Source: Marsupella aquatica (lineage: Eukaryota > Plantae > Marchantiophyta). Taken from it: 64,000 nt of DNA. This document shows positions 24,401 through 37,389 of the stretch, piece after piece (position 1 is the first letter of the stretch; the number at the start of each line of letters is the position of its first letter). The stretch lies in NCBI GenBank assembly GCA_973895155.1, contig OZ316893.1, forward strand, positions 9,735,839 to 9,799,838, given 5' to 3'. The notes beneath the pieces are model-generated. The model was given only the letters and a program-made list of their open reading frames with translations, was not told where the DNA came from and made no database searches. The position numbers were made by a program, and so were the translations under genes.

Positions 24401-25982
24401 CTCCATGATCGCGGTGATTTCTCGTTATAGAATCGAATTTCTGTGGCCATCACGTGACGTTCACATTACAGGCACGCGGACGATAAACGACGTCGTGAGA
24501 AAGAATTGATTAATTGACTTTCATTACATGTTTGAATTCTTAGTTTGGATGAAATGCATACGCTCAGTTCAATGCAGTCTACGTTTCGTTCAGAACGGCT
24601 TGAGAGAGATGATCGTAACACTCCGTGGTCCCTCGGTCTGTAATTGAAACCTCGCTAGGAACATGTTGACGCAAAGTTTTGACACTGAATTCTGCCTTAG
24701 AATCATCTTGACCACGTCGAATCGAACGCATCTCGCGTCTAAAGTTATCAGTGCAGTGAACAGAGCGAGTTGTATGTCTTAGAATATCTTACTTCAGGAG
24801 TGGTCAAGATTACGTCTGTTTCTTGCATCTGGCTAGGCTTCAGGACATCGCTGTCGCCAGTTAGCTGTTGACAGACTAATCCAAGGCCTTGGCCAAACTT
24901 TTCCGTCCATTCGCGGGATTTTTCTTGAACGAGAGCTTTCATCGGAGCGATGTAAACCTGCACCAGCGAGGACTTAGGTGAGGTCGGGTCAAAGCGTGAG
25001 TACTTTGACCAGAAGGCGATATACGAGCTCGAAACTGAACTCAACCTACTCAATATATAAGATGTCAGTTTAAATTGACAAGCTATGTCTGCTTAGGCCT
25101 AGGCAGTGTACTGCGCTTGGTAGATCGAACCAGAGTTGCGATGAATTTCAGCAACTAGAATTAGGAAGGACCTCTTAGTTCAATCCACAGCAATCAAGAC
25201 CTCCAGCTAGTTTTAGTTGAACAGATTATTCTAAAACTCCAGCTAACATTATTTGGCGCGGCTCCTGCATCCAATAATCCACTGTGTATCTGCGCGGGAT
25301 CCAAGAAAATCGTATCCTTGAAAGTAATGAAATGCAAACACCTAAAATCACTTAGAACAATGAATTTGAAAGAAATTGAGTCAGAGTTACTTTTGAGAGC
25401 TAACGACAGGTAACTGGCAGGAGTGAAGGTGTTGTGTTCCATCGATTGAATCTTACAATCTTTTGACTGCCGCGAGGGTGATTCAAATGACCGGCAGGTG
25501 TGAGAGACTTGGAAAGCAGCCGCAAAATGCATAGCTCAAATATCCCCGTTTTTCCACTCCCCGTTGGTGCAGACACAACCATGTTCTCATCAGACGAATA
25601 AGCCTCGGGGAAGCATTCACTTTGAACAGCATTGAAATACCTGATCAGAATAACGCGATATCACGCGAAGAATATAAATGTGATTCAAATGCATCATTTC
25701 CATTCGAAGGTCTGTCTAGTACACAATTACAGCATTGTCGGTAGGGTCCGAGTCATGTACGATCGACATCTGATGATATGTACAGCTCTAGTTACAATAT
25801 TAACAGGCTTGAGTGAAAAGATGATTAAACAGAAAGAGAAGTTGCTCGATTTTCCAGAAAGCATCCTAGATCAACCAGTAGTTCATGGCTATGTATACTT
25901 GCCTGTATTTGAACAGAGGCTGAAAAGAATAGGGCAATGACGAGACTGAAACCAATGAATCCCGATCATGCGGTAGAAGCAT
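15422..25982 (-). CDS. MER3: DExH-box meiotic crossover helicase MER3 / ROCK-N-ROLLERS (more than 20 exons)
   Basis: RYFNAVQSECF, VSAPTGSGKTGIFEL, VYIAPMKALVQEK, FIDEVHLLND.RGA.LEA, RFVAVSATIPN, VAYHNGGL..LCTTSTLAQGVNFPAHLVVIKST; Sec63 region (LRQRLWDDS..LKQLPGIG, ADPRHLELITGRRFPYG); C-terminus KSIFSFLFE*. First coding exon 25903-25982; last exon about 15422-16842. Confidence 0.93.
19977..20020 (+). repeat. (GTGAA)n microsatellite in a MER3 intron
   Basis: About 9 units directly visible. Confidence 0.9.
21584..21621 (+). repeat. 18-bp tandem duplication in a MER3 intron
   Basis: GCCCGGAAGCACAATTGA x2. Confidence 0.85.
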
Positions 25983-26923
25983 CGTCTCAGCGTGCGTAAT
26001 GTGTGTATATCTACCAAAATCTTCTGTTACCTACAATCGATCGGAACCTGTCCAAAGAACTCGCCCATAGAGTTCCTGAGCGAAGCGAGGGAACAAAATT
26101 GTTGTCTGTCCGTCCGCAGGGAGAAATCGCAGGAGAAAGCAGAACCGGGCGAGATTAGACTGATTCTTAGTTTCTTTCACTTGCTTGTCCCACCACGAGA
26201 GCCGGGTGTCCCGATTGCCGCAGAGTCGCTGAAGTGAACTGCAGAAATTGTAGCAGTTAAAATGTCAAGTTCGAAGATCACTTAAAGCTCGAAAAGCCCG
26301 TGCACAGAGTGTTTGTAAACGTAAGATGTCTGTGCAGAGCGTTGGCAAAATGCTTAAACCTAGTTAAATTGAATGACACAAAGTATTAGTAGAGCTAAGA
26401 TGCCTTCGCGGAGCTTGAGAGATGTGTAAATCTACCGTAGTTGCGAACGAATTGATCGAGACAGAATGCTAGTAGAGCTAACATTGCTGCGCGGAGCTAT
26501 GACAAAAAGCTTGAAGCTAGTTGCGAATAAATTGAGCGAATCAAACGAGCTCCCCAAAATGAACGAGTGAGAGCGAGCAAGGTAAATCTACTGCTTAGGC
26601 TGGACAAGTCGCACCTAATCAGCGGATAGTTTAGAATCATTTGCCGTCGATGTCTCGATTTTCGACATGATCATTATAACAAGTCAGCCAACTATTGATA
26701 ATCAAGTTTCCCAAAAATTCTGCCAGCGACTCGATGTGGACAACGGTGATCATGGCTTCATCAAAACAGAACTTGGCAAATCATTCAGAACGCCTGACTC
26801 GCAGAATTCAAACCGTTCTCGCAATTCCTCCTCCATTCCCAATCATGTAAGAAGAAACTGATAAATTCCATCATTTCCCACTCCCTGTTTCACGTGAGGC
26901 GTAAAATTGAGTGATCAATCTGG

Positions 26924-28057
26924 AATCTCAAACCTTAAATCGAAATAATGGCTAACATAAGCTACTTTCAAGGGCTAGAGTGAAGCCTCTAGGCCATAAA
27001 GTCCATATAGGGACAAAGTGACAAAGATGGACTCAAAATTAGTTCCTAGACCCCTTGGCTAATAAAATCAGGGAAAATCAGGGGGAAGAGTCGATCTGAG
27101 CCGTCTCCATTTCTTATCTCCGGAAATCTCGTCCGTCCATCATAATGGCCAATCTATGGCTCAAAAGAAAGATCTCAAATAGATCTATGGATGGGTTTTG
27201 TCAGTTTTGCAAATGGGTTAATATTTTTCAAATGAAAAATTAAACAAATCCAAACCTTCCTAGCCGTTGATTTTGTTGATTTTACTATCTTTGCCGTCCA
27301 TTTTGTAATGCCTCTAGAAATCTTATTCATCCATGTTAGAAGGCGATCTAGGGTGCAAAAGAAAGATCTCAATGAGATCTACGACCGGGTATTTTTTGTT
27401 TTGAGAATGAGTAAATAGTTTTGAATATAAAATTCTATGAACTTTCAAGATTCCAACCATTCCTCCTCCCCGATCCTGGGTTTCTATGTGCTCTACCCAG
27501 CATTAATGGCCGTACAATACGAGAGGTCCTTACATACCGGGAGTTGCGGTTTAACAAGGAAATTATCAAGTTAGTTATTAGTCATTATTTATTATATGAA
27601 AATTACTTTTTATAAATCTTTGAATTTAAGTTTTAAAATTGGAAATGTAACTAAAACAGTTACATAGTGACAATTTTAAGCGTCTTGCTCTTTGCATTTC
27701 CAATGTTTTTACTTTTCTTTTTATGGCACGACGTCCCAAAATTTACACCCAAATTGACACAAACACGAATGAAAACTATAAGTTTGATTCACAAAACTGA
27801 TGAATCTTGTTTATTGCAGTTGTTGTTGACGTGGCACGCTGTGGTGCCAGGAATTTTGAAAGGGACCTCTAGTGGGGTCCGTAAATAAGGACAAAACTGG
27901 ACTCTAAATAGGGCAAATCTCAAACCTTAAATCTAAATAATGGCTAACATAAGCTACTTTCAAGGGCTAGAGTGAAGCCTCTAGGCCATAAAGTCCATAT
28001 AGGAACAAAGTGACAAAGATGGACTCAAAATAAGGACAAAACTGGACTCTAAATAGG
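26924..28057 (+). repeat. ~116-bp near-identical direct repeat pair (26924-27039, 27916-28031)
   Basis: AATCTCAAACCTTAAATC...GGACTCAAAAT occurs twice. The second copy is bracketed by a 30-bp duplication (27883-27912, 28028-28057). Confidence 0.85.
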
Positions 28058-29760
28058 ACAAAGTGGGAGTGAACAGAAAATGGGCAATAAGATAAGCATA
28101 GAATTCCTTTTTCTGCAAGATTTTTTTGGGTCTCCATCTCCATTTTTTAATATTTTTCATTTTTTCAAAGGAGAGCCCAAAACACCCCCACAACACGTCA
28201 ATGGGGGACAGACACCACCCAGCAGAAGCCCACGGGCCGACCAGGGGTCTTCATCTCCATTTGAATGGGTAAGAAGGCTAGTGGCAACAATGGTTATATT
28301 GATTCCATCTATACTCTATACCGATAGGGTAATGGCAGTCTGGTTGGGGGTTATCAACCTTTAACATGTGACAAGAAAGTGAAGAAATAACCTATGGCAA
28401 GAAAACTAAAAAATATATGGGGAGAACTTTTTTGAGCTTTCCTGGAGCAAAGTTCAGACTAAAATATATTCTAATTGACAATAGTGTCACTGTTTTATCT
28501 TATTTACAATAGGATTGTTTTGTATATGGATGACAAGTTCACTCGCATAACCAAGGTAATCATACACCAAAACAGCGGCATATTTGTAAAGAAATACAAT
28601 AAAAATATTGTCAATACAGTAAATATATTAGAACACATTGAATGGCAATGTAGTTAAAAGCTTTTAGGTCTTGGCTACGTTTTGGTCAGCTCATTATTTC
28701 CCTCAGTACTCTTAGTGCCTAACCTTCTGCCTGCTGGTTTGGCTTGGATTCACCAATAAAGATATTCATTGATTTCACTGCATTTTCCTGGCACCAGTAA
28801 TTGTGCTAGTGAGTGCCACCCCTTAGAGAGATTTGTCCTTTATTCATGGGACGCCTATTTGTAGGTGCATTTTCCTGGCACTAGTAATGGTGCTAGTGAG
28901 TGCCACCCCCTGAAGAGATTTGCCCTGTTTGTAGGTGGCTGAGCTTGACTCATTCCTGGCCCAAGGTTTAGGGTTTAAGTTTACAAGGTGCTCCCAGTGG
29001 AGATTTGGCAGAGTTGGTTTTTGGCTCCTAGGGTTCTTTTTTCCTTTGTCTCTGCCACTGGTTTTCATGGCAGGGTGATTTGAATTCATCACCAATAAAA
29101 AAAAACAATATGGTCTGAACTGCAAAGCCAATATTAATCCAATATTGGTACAAACCCAATCATGCTCTAGACAGGCTCGTGTGTATGTAATAAGTATCAT
29201 TTTGGTTCCCAGAAGTCCTAGAGTTGGTAACTCATGAATTTTGACCTCCACAAATTTTGGCCATAAGTGATAGCCTTAAAATAAAGACTTAGCTTTGCTC
29301 CACTGGCACACAAAAGTCCAAATTTAAAGCTGATTTTATTTGGATGTGAGAAAGTTATGTCAAATCCCAAGGCAAAAGGCTATCTAAATTCCAAAATATG
29401 CAATCTCACTCAGTCTTATCTTTTCGTGATCTGTTTATGCAATGTCATTCTGGCTGGAAAGCTTCCCTGGGCATTCGATAATGTTGACATTTTTTACTAA
29501 AGTTCATATGGACCTAAAGTTGTGATTGTGCACATTTTTCACTCCCAACCTGCAAGCATTCTCTTTGCAAACTGCAACACTCATTGAAATCTAGTTGCCA
29601 GGCATTGTTAACTCCCTTAGTGTCCAATTGTCTGGCCCTTTCAGGCCCTCTCTCTTCTGCTCAACATTTTTGCTCAACATCTCTTACTACAACAAGCTAT
29701 CTAATGATGCCATATTCAAATCTTAATACACTACTATGATCTAGAGTGAAGCCTCTACAC

Positions 29761-30104
29761 TATTAGATATTGCTCTAGTCTTGTGATTCATGAGCTAACT
29801 ACAGTTAGGCTAACTTGGGTTAGGACTTAGCTAATGTTAGCGGAAGTGCTGTTGTGTATATAGCCAGGGCTGATACCAGACCCTGGTGGAATTTAGGCTC
29901 ATTGTTACAGAGCTAGTTGAGAGATAGGGAGAGCTTGTGATGTGGATGCTTGGTATGGCCGGTCGACCTAGAGTGCAGTAAAGCTCTTGTGTGTTCCCTT
30001 GGACGTAGCTTCATGTGGAGGTGAACCACGTATCTCTCTGTGTCGACTCTTGTGCATTTGATGGTTTATGGGCTTGCCGTTGCAAATGTCGCCTATGCTC
30101 AACG
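29761..30104 (+). mobile_element. Solo LTR of a Copia family related to the element at 42106-50020
   Basis: Colinear similarity to the reverse complement of those LTRs (ATTGCTCT.AGTCTTGTGA, AGTAAAGCT, TGGACGTAGC, GAGGTGAACCACGTA, TGTGTCGACT, CGTTGC, TCAAC). Decayed TG..CA termini (TATT..CAACG). Flanks TACAC/TATAC give a 5-bp TSD with 1 mismatch. Confidence 0.8.
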
Positions 30105-30519
30105 TATACTTGATCAAGGGCACAACTGGAACTTGAAAGACATTCATATTCATCATTTTTTAATGAGTTTATAAGGGAACCTCAAAGCTGAGAAATAAAT
30201 GACAATGACCTTAGCCATAAAATAATGGTCATAACTTTTTCACAAGGTTATGTAATTTTTGTTTTTGTTTTTTTCTTTCACTGGTAATTGCATATGATAA
30301 AAAAAAGTTTTGGAGTATGAATTTAGTGGTCAGTAACTTTTTGTGTTCTTAACTTGTAGCTAGGGAGTTAAGGATTGTGGCTTCGAGACACTGTGAATTT
30401 AGTGGTCAATAACTTTTTGTGTTCTTAACTTGTAACGAGGGAGTTAAGGTTCATCAGATTATGGCTTCAAGACACCCTATTTTTGAGCAAAGCTCACACA
30501 CCATTTCTAAAGCTCACGA

Positions 30520-30625
30520 ATTCGTGGGGTTGTCCCTCTTTTTTTCTGCCCTTGATGGCTTGTTGCCTTCTGGCCTGCTTGTTTCCCCCATCCCTGGAGG
30601 TTCATGCCAGCATATTTTATAAGGA
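30520..30625 (+). mobile_element. Isolated LINE 3'-end remnant
   Basis: GGCCTGCTTGTTTCCCC..TCC.TGG.GGTTCA matches the 3' UTR of the LINE at 3167-3200. Confidence 0.6.
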
Positions 30626-31355
30626 TTCCACTTTTTAGCCAGAGTGGCAAATGTAAAGTGTGTGAGGAAAAAGATGCTCAGAAGATTCCCTATTCAATTA
30701 TTGTCCTAACCATCAGATCTCCCTAGATTTAAGGTAGTCTGTTAGATTCTGGCTAATGGGGCCTGGGATTAAGTGAAACACTGGCTAATGAAACAGCAAA
30801 ATAGTAGCCAATTTTCACCAAAAGTGGCAAAAGTTTTTTGGGGAGATGGAATCTAGCGAATTTTTGTCACCAAAAAAAACACTGGTTCAAGCGGAAAAAA
30901 AGCAAAATTTAAATTTAAACAAGAAAAAACTCACAAATTCAGGCTAGTACTATGCAACGCAATGGCGCGAGGCTAGTGAAACATAAATGTTGAAATTCTG
31001 GACGCCCTATTATTGCATATAGTAATTACGGTCCCACTCCAAAACCCAAATTCACTCTGGTACAGTACCGTAACCCTACTCTTGTAAATAACCGCTGTGT
31101 TTACTTACTGTACATGCGAATTGTTTCCCGCCTCCATCGCTCATGTGCACTGTCTGGAAGAAACTGCGGAACAACTCCTTTCGCGAACGTACAGCAGCAG
31201 TGCAAAGAACGGCAGCGAAGAACGATCGATCGACCGGTTGATCATCGAATTCCTCGACAGCCTGAACTTCTGAGAGGTGCTCGATCGAAGAAGTTGAAGA
31301 AGTAGATTACGCAGAAGAAGGAGAAGAAGGAGAAGCAGGTGAAGAAGCGGTCGAG

Positions 31356-34300
31356 ATGTCGATCAGAGTGGTGAATCCGAATGCGGAAGTTTTAAATAAG
31401 TCGGCCGCTCTGGCTATGATGATCAATGCGGCCAAGGGCTTACAGGAGGTTCTCAAGACCAATCTCGGTCCCAAAGGAACCATCAAAATGTGAGATCCTC
31501 GATTCTTCATATCACCACACGGCTCTGAGCTACTCTTCCTCGCGTTCAACGTTTTGGTCTACACGCACGGAGAAATGTTCTTGAGGATGGAGCCCTTTAA
31601 AAGTGTTAGGGATGATCGGAAGATACATCGACCTTTGAGAATGTTGGCTGGCTTGCTTGCTTTTGTGGTGTCAGCCGCTGAGGTGTGGTGCGGTGAGGTT
31701 TTGCGTGTTTGTTACGGAGGTGCAGGTTTTAGAGGGTTTAGTCGACGTTTCCCAAGGCATTGTTGTGGATCTTACTATTGTTGGTATTTCTGCGAGTCTT
31801 ATTCTCATAGGACTATTTGCTCATGTTCAGGCTGGTGGGAGGCTCTGGGGACATCAAACTAACGAAAGATGGCAACACTCTTCTCAAGGAAATGGTAAGT
31901 TGAGTTGTGTTTCCTTCGAATGTGGTGGAGGACTCGGTTGAATCGTGCGATTCTCAATTTTGATCTTGCCTGGTCCAATGTTTGTTCCGTCATCTTGTTT
32001 GGAATTGTCGGCCCAGGTGGAATTGAGCTGACAGTTTTGTTGTTTGAGCTCTGTAGCAAATTCAGAACCCGACGGCCATTATGATAGCCCGTACAGCAGT
32101 GGCTCAAGATGATATCAGTGGAGATGGAACGACTTCTACGGTCCTCATGATCGGAGAGCTGATGAAGCAGTCCGAGCGTTTCATTGCCGAAGGTCCTTAT
32201 CGAATTGTTGGATGTTCTGACTGCCGCGTTTCATGGACTCATAGGATTTTATGCCTGGATCATTATTAGATTGACTTAAGGATGGTCTTTTTCTAATTCT
32301 AGTTATTCTACACCGTACTGCCGTCGAGCTCAAACGTACAGTTCGGTGTGTGGTCCCTCATCATTTGTCAGTCTAACTCGACGACCAGAACGAAAATCAG
32401 CCTATGTTTAAGAATGCATATCACAGTAGCGGTGATAGAATTCTCCACCACCGCTTCACTAGTTTGGTCACCTGCATTTAATGAGCTTGATTGAATGGCC
32501 TGAATATGCGGGTGGATATGCCCTGGATTGGGATATATATAACTCTGTTTGCCAATTTTCAGGCATGCACCCTCGTCTTCTTGTTGATGGATTTGAAATC
32601 GCCAAGAAAGCCACTCTAGAGTTTCTTGAGGAATTCAAGACCCCTGTTACTGTTGGGAACACCCCTGATAAGGAGATTATACTTATGGTGGCTCGGACCG
32701 CCCTTAGAACCAAGGTAAGCACCTATCCTATCACCTTTCAGCGTTCCCATTAGGACTTGGAAATTTCCGGGTATCTTTATCCACAGTCAGTTGTTTGAAC
32801 TTTTCATGCACGGTAGACAGCCGTGCCCTTCTCCTTGATTGGTCTGTTTCATCAGTTTCCTATTGGATACTTTTCTGAACCGATTAAGCATCTGTGAGTG
32901 TTAGTGGAAAGAATTTGAGTGATTTTCTTTCTGTTGTTAGTAATTTGCCCTAATTGGTGCGTGCTAAATTTGAACTCCAAATTGTACTCCATACTTTTCC
33001 GGGCAGGGCAAGATCCTAACAGATATCACTGTCTGCTTCATGGTTTCTACAGCTTTATGAAGAACTAGCCGATCAACTCACGGATATTGTAGTCAAGGCT
33101 GTAAGACACCACTCTACACAGAATAATGTGCACTTACATATTAGCATCAGGTCGTTTACAGATCTTAATGATGTGTCCTTAAGGAATGTGCATTCGTTTC
33201 ACCCCCATTGCACCGTGCTTTGTTTATTCATCTAAGTATTTGAGTATACACTTCCATGTAATATATATGGAAATTCAACAGTACTGCAAAATTTAGTGTA
33301 TGCCTTACTACGAGGTGGGCTACACAGTTTAACTTAATAACACGAACCAGCGTGTCTGTTTTGTGTTTCAGGTTTTCTGCATAAGGAAGCCGGAAGAACC
33401 TATTGACCTGTTTATGGTTGAGATCATGCACATGCGACACAAAATGGATACTGATACTCGACTGGTAAGAGATCCATTCCACCGCACTCGTTTTATCTCA
33501 AGAATATCGTGCAGCAGCAGCTTATATGTGTCGTGTGCGATTATGACAGATGTTTTGAAAGTTGCGTGTTAATAGTCTTGTCCATCAACAGATACACGGT
33601 CGTCACATTTTAAAATTAGTGTCAGCTACTGACGGCTCCGGTACCCAGGATGGTTACAGTTCAGCGAAAGTGCTCACCGGCTTCTAGAACGTCACTAAGC
33701 GACTTCTTTTATGAATTGAACTAAGTGGACTTACCATCGTCTGATTTATCGTAGACTTGATAAAGTGATATAATATGTTTAGGCAATCGAGAAAGTTAAG
33801 AGCGCAAGATGTTTGCAATTCTAACTTTTCGGTTTGGTGGCTAAGAAAGTTGGCTAGGACTGTGCTCCCCACCCTCCTTCCTTCTCTGGCATGGGCTGGT
33901 CCCTCAAGGAAAGTCATGTTCTCAGTCCAAGCTATTATCTATGCCCTGCGCAGGTGGAGGGTTTGGTCCTTGACCACGGGGCTCGGCATCCAGATATGAA
34001 GAAGAGTGTGGAAAATTGCTATATTCTAACTCTCAATGTCTCCCTGGAGTATGAGAAGAGGTAAGGGCCATTCTGTCTATGGTTTATGGCACAACCTTTT
34101 AGAGCTTATTCTGGGAAGGGGTAGGATTATCGATACATTTTGTCAGTGAAAGTATCAGATTGTTTCTTCAATTACAGTTTACCTTTTTTGGTCGAAGGTT
34201 GATGTTGTTAGTCGTGTCTGAGCCTGTGGCAGTGAGGTCAATGCGGGATTTTTTTATCATGATGCCGAACAACGAGAGAAAATGGTTGCTGCTGAACGTA

Positions 34301-37300
34301 GAAATGTCGACGAGAAAGTCTTACAAATCATTGACCTGAAGAGAAAAGTAAGTTTTTCATTGGGAACCCCATCCCATGCAGACATTTTATCGATTCAGTA
34401 AAGTATCAATAGGTACCGTACCGTTGCCCTTGTTGGGAACATTCCATCCTAGTTTTGCGGTGGAACTAGCGTGCAAGGAGTCTGTTTGTCCTTAACGTTG
34501 TCGAGTCGTCTCACAGGTTTGCGAAGGAACCGATAAGTCCTTTGTGGTTATCAACCAGAAGGGTATTGATCCAATTTCTCTGGACTTGCTAGCAAAAGAA
34601 GGGGTAAGTTTGGGACTGCAGAAGTTTTGGGATTGAATTTCCATCTTGTCGTTTCTTTTTCCCGTATGATTGGTTCCTTACGTTTGCCTGGCCCCAGTGG
34701 TTAAGAGTCTGAGGAAGGATGTGTCAATATCACTGTGGGAGCGAATGTTTGGGGGTGATAAATTACTGCATTAAATGAGTTACACTGAAACCTGTTTTGA
34801 GATCTTATTGTTGGACCAAGTATTAGAGCTGAGAGTCCAACAACTGTGCAGATTGTGGGGTTGAGAAGAGCAAAGCGTCGCAATATGGAGCGGCTTGTAC
34901 TGGCTTGTGGTGGGGAGGCCATGAACTCCGTCGAGGATCTCTCCCCTGAGGTTCTTGGATGGGCAGGAAAGGTCTATGAGCATGTCCTTGGCGAAGAAAA
35001 GTACACTTTTGTTGAGGATGTGAAGAATCCGTTTTCTTGTACCATCCTTATTAAGGGTAAGGGTTCTCTGGAATACACGTTGTCATGTGCCGTATTAATT
35101 TTAGCAACATGAGAAGCAAATAAGCATAATGTATCTATTCTCGTGCCGAGGATGAGTTGTTCTTAATTGATCTCGTGGTGGGTATTTAGGGCCTAATGAT
35201 CACACTATCGCCCAAATAAAGGATGCCGTTCGGGATGGATTAAGAGCTGTGAAGAACACCATCGAAGATGGATCTCTTGTTCTTGTGAGTAAACCTTCGC
35301 AATCTGTGTTGGCCTCTAAAGTGTTCTGGAGGGATTGGGATTATCACATAATAGGATGGTATGGATAAATGTAAATTCCTATTTTTCCAGATAGGTTTCG
35401 CATAGATACCGGTTTTGAGGCGTGGCAACCTTCATGCTGGGCATCCTGTAGTTTTATTGGTTCCTAATGAACGGAGTCATATTGAAAGTTGTTCGTACTA
35501 CCTCTAGAAATGGTGGTCGTGGAGTGTGAGTGACAGATTTAGTACCCGTTCGCGTACGTGCCCACAAGTTGACCTGTTTAGTTTGAAACTGAAGGCTCTC
35601 CTCGGCTCCAACTTTAGCGAGTGAAGTTTATCCGAATTTTTTATGTCCTGGATTACCTTTCAAGCATCATGCACACAGTCCCAGAATGTAGGGACTCCCT
35701 CTAGTTTAAGTAATCACTAACGATCATGGCTGTTCAGGGTGCGGGAGCGTTTGAGGTAGCAGCTCGTCAGCATCTGATGAACAATGTGAAGAGAACTGTC
35801 AAAGGGGTAAGTGTCTGTGCCTCTCTGTATTGATACGGAAGCACCTATCAATCTGTAATACGATTATTGCCGTTTGTAAACCTTGTCAATCCTGAAAGGT
35901 ACGGGAAGATCTCGAATTGAGAAAAGGTTTCGAAGCACAAAATGAATCTACGAAGCTAAGTATCACCCTCTGAAATCACATAATAATGTATTTTAGAAAA
36001 GCTTTACCGTAATGACGACGAACATGCTAGGGTAAAAACGAGTATGGCAGGCATCCACACCTCCTTCAATCAAAATTTGGAAAGGCGATTGGGTTAATCG
36101 TGCATCATGAAGCTTGTTGTATGTGGGACCTATCCCATAATCTTTGTGGAGATTCAGAGTGCCTTAACGGTCCCAGAACACGAGCTGATCCTAGACTACA
36201 GGGTTAAATCTTACTGTCAAAAAACACTACCTCACACCGAACCCGTCTGTGGCTTTTACGACTCGGAAATGATGGGTTCTTGTATTCGGCCCTGTACTTC
36301 TCAAGAAACCGAATGATTCTATGGATTATCTGGAGGGAAACAGCTAATCATTACCGTTTTGCGACGTCTATGAGGTGTTTCTCACCAAACTGACGATCGT
36401 AAGACTTTGTACTTTGAAGCGTGCTCAACTTGGCGTGGAAGCGTTCGCGGACGCATTACTTGTTGTCCCGAAGACTCTTGCGGAAAACTCGGGCCTTGAC
36501 ACTCAAGAAGTTCTCATTACACTTCAGGTATTTTGCATTTCGAAGTTTTTAAAAACTTCTGGGAAGTCGAAGTTCTAAAGATCGTAGATGCCTGTGTTCT
36601 ATCTCAGGAAATTCACGGCAATGCAGATTATCAGATGTTGGCAGTCAGTCTGTATGATTGTGAGAAGAATGCTTTTTTTTTCTATGATCCGTATAACCGA
36701 GTTCAATGGAAGCTCAGCGCAACTAAAGAGTTTATCATTTTTGGAATCCACTACTTGTGGGATCTTTCCGGAGTAGTTGGTAATCATTTGTAATACAGTT
36801 CTGGGCGGGGCCTGGGCCAGAGACCGCTTCCTCGTTTCTATAAACTGATTGAAACAATTGTGTTGATGGAATTCGAACATAGTTTTTCATTACTGTACTG
36901 CGATCTTGAGTAAATAACTGTATGTAGAAATTATTTCCAGGAGATGTGTTCACCCTATATTAATCTGGTAGCCTGTCTGTTGCAGTCAGCACATGATGCT
37001 GGTAATGTTGTTGGGTTAAATCACAACACAGGGGAGCCTATGGATCCCCACTTGGAAGGCATCTTTGACAACTATTCAGTCAAGAAGCAAATACTTAACT
37101 CAGCGTACGGTCTCCTGCCCTGAACTGCATCTAAGCATCAATTGTTATAGTAACTGACTGACTCACATAGGTTCATGTCCTGGTCATGTCTTACGGATTG
37201 AATGTATACCTAGCAGCATTGGTGATGGTTTGGCTAATGAGTGGATTGGAACTGTTCTGGCAAGACTACTGAATGTTCTATACTTGCTCATCCTTCTGAC

Positions 37301-37389
37301 ACTGTTTCTGTTTCAGGCCTGTCATTGCTGCACAACTGCTTCTGGTTGACGAAGTAATTAGAGCAGGTCGGAACATGCGCAAGCAATAG
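31356..37389 (+). CDS. CCT6: T-complex protein 1 subunit zeta (CCT6), multi-exon
   Basis: [147 protein letters not shown]; GT-AG introns. Confidence 0.96.

Noticed and set aside
30630-30885. hAT-like end (AAAAAAACACTG with TGGCTA/TAGCCA motifs)
   Set aside because: No matching left TIR or TSD found; insufficient support.
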